A stretch of 64,000 nucleotides of DNA from Marsupella aquatica. Its lineage: Eukaryota > Plantae > Marchantiophyta. The DNA is taken from positions 18,237,880 through 18,301,879 of the forward strand of contig OZ316895.1 in NCBI GenBank assembly GCA_973895155.1, written 5' to 3'. Under the pieces are notes generated by a model. It did no database searches and was not told the origin of the DNA. It saw nothing but the letters and a program-made list of their open reading frames with translations. The translations under genes and the position numbers were made by a program. This document shows, piece after piece, positions 58,635 through 64,000 of the stretch. Within the stretch, counting starts at the first letter, position 1, and each line of letters starts with the position of its first letter.

Positions 58635-61600
58635 TTATTGGGAAGAGTCATCGCTGTCACTCTGGCCAGCGGATTGTTCCTGACCCTTCCCCTCAGGTGT
58701 GCCATCCTCATCTTCGTCTGCTGTACCACCACTTGACTCATCGTCAGAGTCAAAATTGAGTACAGAACGGAGCTTGTTCCTCTTTTTCTTTTCGGGTGGC
58801 TGAATTGGGGGTGGCAAAGTTTCAACTTCCTTTGGAGAAAGTAGATCTAAGAACACCTTGGAACCAGTCTCAACAAAATCTTTCCTATTCTCCACTCCAA
58901 TTACAAACCTCCCAGAATAGTCTCTAGCTACAAAAGAGCTACTCGACCCCACTGTCCAATCCATGAAAATATCCCTAGGACGAGTGATGAGCTCAATCAC
59001 AGATTGCATGAATCCAACCGACAAACGGGCATTTCTAGCAAATTCCATCTCAGGTGTTGGATCGACTTTGAGAGAGGGAAGTCCAATTAAATTTGTTATT
59101 GAGGGATCTTCTGTGGCAGACAGAGGTCTAAACCTTGAGTCTTTTGGCACCTTCCCTTTTTCAGACACTCGAGAGAAGACGTCCAGCCTCAGCGTGAAGA
59201 TCTATAATATAACCCAAGCAAGGTATGTCAATGGATGCATTCGTAGACATTTTTTTAACGGCAAACCAGATGTCACGATGAGAAATTTACCTGTCGATCA
59301 GTCTTCGGCGCGTACATTGGAACTGACATGACAACATTGTGTGACGAGATGCAATGAAACTTCTTTGAATCTTGACAAGCCAATATAACCTGAGACATCG
59401 GATCGTACTCCTCGTTATGTAAAATGGCCAGCATTCCGTCATCAGATAAAAATGGATCCATTCCACGAAAGAAAGATGTGGCCAAAGTGTGGTCAGGGAC
59501 ATTCCATTTAGGAACTTTTTTGTCTAGCAGAGATGGTTTAAGTCCTGTCGGAAGGTAGATAAAACCCGCGTGGACCCCAAATGATCTCTCCTTTCCACCA
59601 TGCACAATGCCCTTCTCTCGAAAGCCAGACTTCATGAGATCCTTTCCCCACTTCTCTACACCATTCACCCAGTCAGGCTTCTCCCCTTTGTTAAACATTG
59701 AGTCGTAGAATTCTGAGATGCTAGATTCAACAAGGCAATGCCTTGAAAGTCTACTCTTGAAGTCCCCAACTTCGTGTTGAAGACCTACAGCAGCAGCACT
59801 TTCTCGAGAGGAAGATCCACCTTCAATGGTCCTTTTTCTCTTCTTCCTTGTACTGGTCGCATCCACCGGAGCGATCGCCTTCCCTTTGTCGGTGGGAGTA
59901 ATTGGATCGGATGGTGCTCCGGTATTGGCTTCAGAAGCCTCTGGGGTGGCATCTATCTTTGTATCTCCGCTCCCCACGGCGTCCAACTTTCTCCTTGTTC
60001 AAATGGATGCCAACGTGATATCCGTCAATATAGAGACAACGACAATGCTAACGCCCAACGTTGGCCAAACTATCATAAGACTTGGCCTTAAATATACACC
60101 TTTTCGAGTAATAAATACCAATTCAGTTTCTAAAAAATTGACTCTCATAACAGCGCCTGGCGCTAACAATGTAACAGATATTGAATGTCAGAGCAGCGCC
60201 GTGCGCTAACAATGTGACATATATTGAATTCCATACCAGCATCGGGCGCTAACCAAAGGAAACAAATTATACTTACGTTTTTTCCCAGATCTTGTTGATT
60301 CACTTGGGGCCGCAGTATCTGCTTTTGCTTTGGCGCGAGGCTTCCTGCTTCGGTCAACATGAACAATTGTTGTCTCGCATATTGTTTGCAATTCTGTTGT
60401 GGATTGATCCACATCATCCAGAAGCCCCTGCTTCATGTTAGAAACAACATTGACTGGGATCTGGGACTTAGACAGCTTATGGAAAGCATCCTTTTCTCTG
60501 TGATCAAAGGGCGAGTCCCATCTATCTGTATCTAGGTACCATGGACAATGGGTTCTCTCCCATTCACTCAAAGGTCTTGCTGGGAAAATTCCCTCGGCAG
60601 GATACATAGAATACAATTCAGCTAAAGAATTACTCTCCGGTATGACAGTCCACTTGAGGAAGGCGGCGGGATACGCCCAGAAGTAATCAGGTTTGGTAGC
60701 CTCCATGTGGATGTAAAAACGGTAGAGATACCGTTTTGCTTGCTTTTGGTTCTTCAAAGAGTAATCCTCTTTGTCAGGATACTTCGAGGGCCACATTGTA
60801 TTAAAAAACTTACCCTTGACAGAGTCACCGTATTTCCTAAAATCATTCGTGACTATGTCAATGAGAGATTCAAATGATTCACATGCCCAATCTTGTAAAC
60901 GATTCACGGGAATGGTTTGTTGGACCTCTCGTAAAGCACATTGCAACATCCCCACCGCAATCCCTTCTACATTATTCCATGTAATCCAAGTGTGACACCA
61001 CTGTTTTACTGGATCATCATTGACGCTATTCGGATGGAAGAATTGTCTCTGGAGCTCTGGATTGCAATGTGCTACAAGCAAAGTACTTTGTAGCTTGGCG
61101 TCAAGAGTCGAGTAAAAAGCCTGGCCCGGTCCATGGTACACAACACGGTATCTGGCTTCTTCTCCCGCTTATTCCTCTCCGTGACAGCATACATTTCTGC
61201 GCACGTAGATAGAAAGTCCTCAAACTCTGGACTCAACAAAGGAGTGATTTTCGAGGTCTTAACTGCCCATTCCTTGGTTGCTTCCTTCATCATAACAGCA
61301 TGCCTTCTGGAAACCTCCTCGACCGACCAAGGGGTACCGAGGGCCGCAGCGGACTCCATGTCAATCTTGAACTGGTTCGAATACAACTTAATCTTATCCT
61401 GACATAGAATGTACTAAAGAGCCTCCTGAGGCATCTTCTTTGTGTACCAGGATCCTTTTCGCGTCTTCATCCTGATATGCTCAAACTTCTTGTAATTTGC
61501 AGGGTCGATGAGCTTACTATAGTACTCCAGGTCGTGCATCAAGATCCGCTTAATTCGATCGGCGTCTAGGATCTAGGAGGGTTCCACAACTGCTTGTCCT

Positions 61601-62473
61601 AGCCTGAAATAAAAGAACAAAATGAGAACATATAAGCAGCGCCGGGCGCTCGCAAAACATGGCCTCGGAAAGTTATGCTAGAAAGAATAAACAATTCACA
61701 ATGACTCACGAAGTTATGCACAAAAGAGTATCTTACTAGTTAACGGTGTGCATAGCCACTTTGATTTCTATCAGCGAACCCTTGTCACCATTGAAAACAA
61801 TACAAAGCACACGCAAGTGGTACTTTGGGTTTTCGAGACTCTCTTGAGTGACAAGAGTCCACGAGTAAAGCCTATGGTTCCCGTCAAAAATTGAGAACAT
61901 TTTGTCCTTCAAAACCAGAAAATCTGGGTCGGCAGCACATTCTTCCTCGAGTTTCTCATTCTCAGATGTCCATATTGGATCCCAACTCTCACAAATTTCT
62001 TGAGTACAAGTGAGAAGCGCTCCCTCAACATTGGTAGGCTGAACGTAAAACCTCATTCCAATCGAAGAATTGTATCCCATGCTACGGAAAGAGTCTTTTA
62101 GCTTGTCGATGGAAGAACTGTCTTTCTATAGAGTTCGGACAACCTCCATATGCACCAATCGACATAGTGGAATTCGTGGAGGCTCTTTGTCAAACCCTCT
62201 GAAATCCTTCCCAAATGACATGACATGTTTCGAAATAAGATCCGTCTCGGAAAACGAAACATCTTGAATCGCAAATGTGTCAAGATTCTCCATCTTCTTT
62301 CTCGCTGGTTTGGCAAACGAAATACTTGAGATTGGAACAAGCGATGCGGTGGACCTCGTTACTCGACGCGTATACACTGAACCAGAGAATGAAGACTCAG
62401 AAGACTCGCAATACCCACGATCCTGATCCCCAACCACACTATACACCCTCGACAAGGAGGGGATTGCATCCAT
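58635..62473 (-). pseudogene. Four-exon gene: ParB/Srx-like N-domain, helical domain, linker, and beta-class N4/N6 DNA-methyltransferase-like C-domain; carries nonsense changes and a frameshift
   Basis: Exons approx. 62473-61737, 61603-60277, ~59995-59291 and 59201-58635, with GT-AG introns (acceptor of intron 2 uncertain). Motifs FSIFDGNHRL; GFIYLPTG...PKWN...FLSDDGMLAI; VIELITRPRDIFMDWTVGSSSSFVA...GRFVIGVE. Confidence 0.7.
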
Positions 62474-62789
62474 TGTCTTTACGATGAAAGGTGTATGAAC
62501 GGAATCCTCACGACTGATTACCAGTTCTCTGTACCATATTAACAGTTGGGTCCGTATTATATCCTATCAATGAGCGTTATTCCCCTCTTTGTAATCGGTT
62601 GGAGAGACGTTACTCATTGCGAATGACGAGATTCAATTTTATTTATCCGTGACAGAAAGCGACAATTTAGAAATTGCGATAAGTATTAATGTGAATTACG
62701 CTAAAATGTTGTCGTGGTCATCATGCTAAACATTAGTTACCGTTAAATGTTACCGTTGTCTCAGCACCTTTCAGACAAACATGCAATGC

Positions 62790-63550
62790 CAACGTCGGGC
62801 GCTAACGAATAAGAGACTACCAAATTCAAGAACTTATTGGTGAACAAATGCTAGCGCCCGGCGCTAGCCATTTGAATAATTTCATTAACATTCTTTTTTA
62901 GTAACAGATATTGTCAACAAACTTCCAAATGTACCTGTTTCACCCGTAGTAACTAAACTTTACTTGATATTATGATATTAAGTATATTGTATCAATACTA
63001 GCGCCTGGCGCTAGTAACAATTTATTGTATTTGAGCTTAAAAATGTTTGTGATGCAATATTTTGAAAAAACATTGCATCAATATTTTGTGTGTGATTATG
63101 CTAGCGCCAGGCGCTAGTCACAAGACTTTTCAAATTATGTCATTGTTATTCCAATGGCTTTTAGGTAGCGCCCGACGCTAATGCAATGGACGAGTATAAC
63201 CACCGTGACAGCAAATAGTAAATAGATTTGCTGTTATGAGCAAATTTTTTGCTCGTACGAGCAAAAATTTACTCATATGAGGCTTTCAATTACTCATAGC
63301 AGAAAATCTGTTTACTCATACGAGAAACTATTTACTTGTACAAGTTTTATAGGTTATTCAAAGTTCAAAAAAATGGCTCGATGTTAAAAAATAACAACCA
63401 TATAAGCGCTCTCTGAAATGCTAACATAATTGGGCCCACCATTCAATGATAATAAACGGGCAATATAAAGGTCATTATAAGAAGACGCGCTTTATTTAAC
63501 AATCAATATATTTGCTATCTGTTTCAAATTTTGGCTAGCGCCAGGCGCTA
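62790..63550. repeat. Intergenic cluster of TAGCGCCNGGCGCTA palindromes
   Basis: Copies at 62790, 62850 (19-bp), 62996 (21-bp), 63101, 63166 and 63536. Confidence 0.9.
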
Positions 63551-63649
63551 CCAACAAACAACACATTTTTCTAGATAAGAAACGGGTACATCTTCTGCCC
63601 GTTAGAAAAGACAAATGCCACTTAAAGTTGTTGAACGGCACCAAATTGA

Positions 63650-64000
63650 CTACATGTCCGTTCCATTTTGTCGATCAAGCAGGTAACGGACTTCGCCCAA
63701 TGTCATATCTGGTTGACTAGATAGTGTCGAATCGTGAAGACTCAACTTTAACACAGTCCTGAATACCCAATATAGATGTTTGCAAGGCATGTAAGGTTTC
63801 CTATAAATGTGCCTCCGATAGAAATCCTCACATGAACAGCAAGGGAAACAACAAATCTGCACCCAATAAGAGGCAGCATTCCTCTCATGTTCATGTGTTC
63901 TGATACAATACTGCTTCCCCCACGCATTCCCACTCGTGACATCTCTCTCGCATATGAGCCTCATTACTTCTGTTTTGGATGCTTCGATCTTCTTGTAAAG
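63650..64000 (-). CDS. C-terminus of a SWIM zinc-finger protein, open to the window edge
   Basis: YWVQI...CSCEDF...PCKHLYWVF fits the SWIM CxC-xn-CxH pattern. Confidence 0.75.
   Translation of the reverse strand, partial: LYKKIEASKTEVMRLICERDVTSGNAWGKQYCIRTHEHERNAASYWVQICCFPCCSCEDFYRRHIYRKPYMPCKHLYWVFRTVLKLSLHDSTLSSQPDMTLGEVRYLLDRQNGTDM

Larger units (their letters stand above)
56261..64000 (-). mobile_element. Element C copy 3: putative large DNA transposon of unassigned superfamily, running off the window
   Basis: Sharp junction GGGGTATTTAC into the D LTR; repeated subterminal units; multi-copy spliced gene; SWIM ORF; dispersed palindromes. The other end, TSD and transposase are not visible. 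Confidence 0.55.

Noticed and set aside
58635-62473. Bacterial or phage contamination as the source of the ParB/MTase gene
   Set aside because: The gene has GT-AG introns, occurs three times and is interleaved with plant-type retrotransposons.

Overview
This window is entirely nested transposable-element DNA, with no recognisable host gene. The element types and spliced gene structure suggest a eukaryote, probably a non-seed land plant such as a bryophyte (inference). Junctions and target-site duplications (TSDs) resolve five layers. (A) A Ty3/gypsy family whose ~4.6 kb LTR itself carries a ~1200-aa ORF; it is present as one partial 5' LTR with PBS and decayed gag-pol (1-10774) and two solo LTRs (3955-8618, 34383-39006). 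(B) A very young Athila-like Ty3/gypsy element (17951-31164) with a TGA-CAATTA readthrough junction, an extra 744-aa ORF and a second protease-like ORF. (LINEs) L1-type LINE-1 (13248-33894) sits inside the related LINE-2 with a 17-bp TSD. (D/E) A decayed Ty3/gypsy element on the minus strand (44134-56260) carries an unrelated solo LTR. (C) Three copies of an unclassified repeat, probably a DNA transposon. Its spliced gene joins a ParB/Srx-like domain to a beta-class N4/N6 DNA-methyltransferase-like domain, it lies next to a SWIM-finger ORF, and its introns and spacers hold about 19 copies of the palindrome TAGCGCCNGGCGCTA. Element C and the ORF-bearing LTR of A are the best candidates for undescribed systems. 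All domain calls come from motif recognition by eye; no searches were run.
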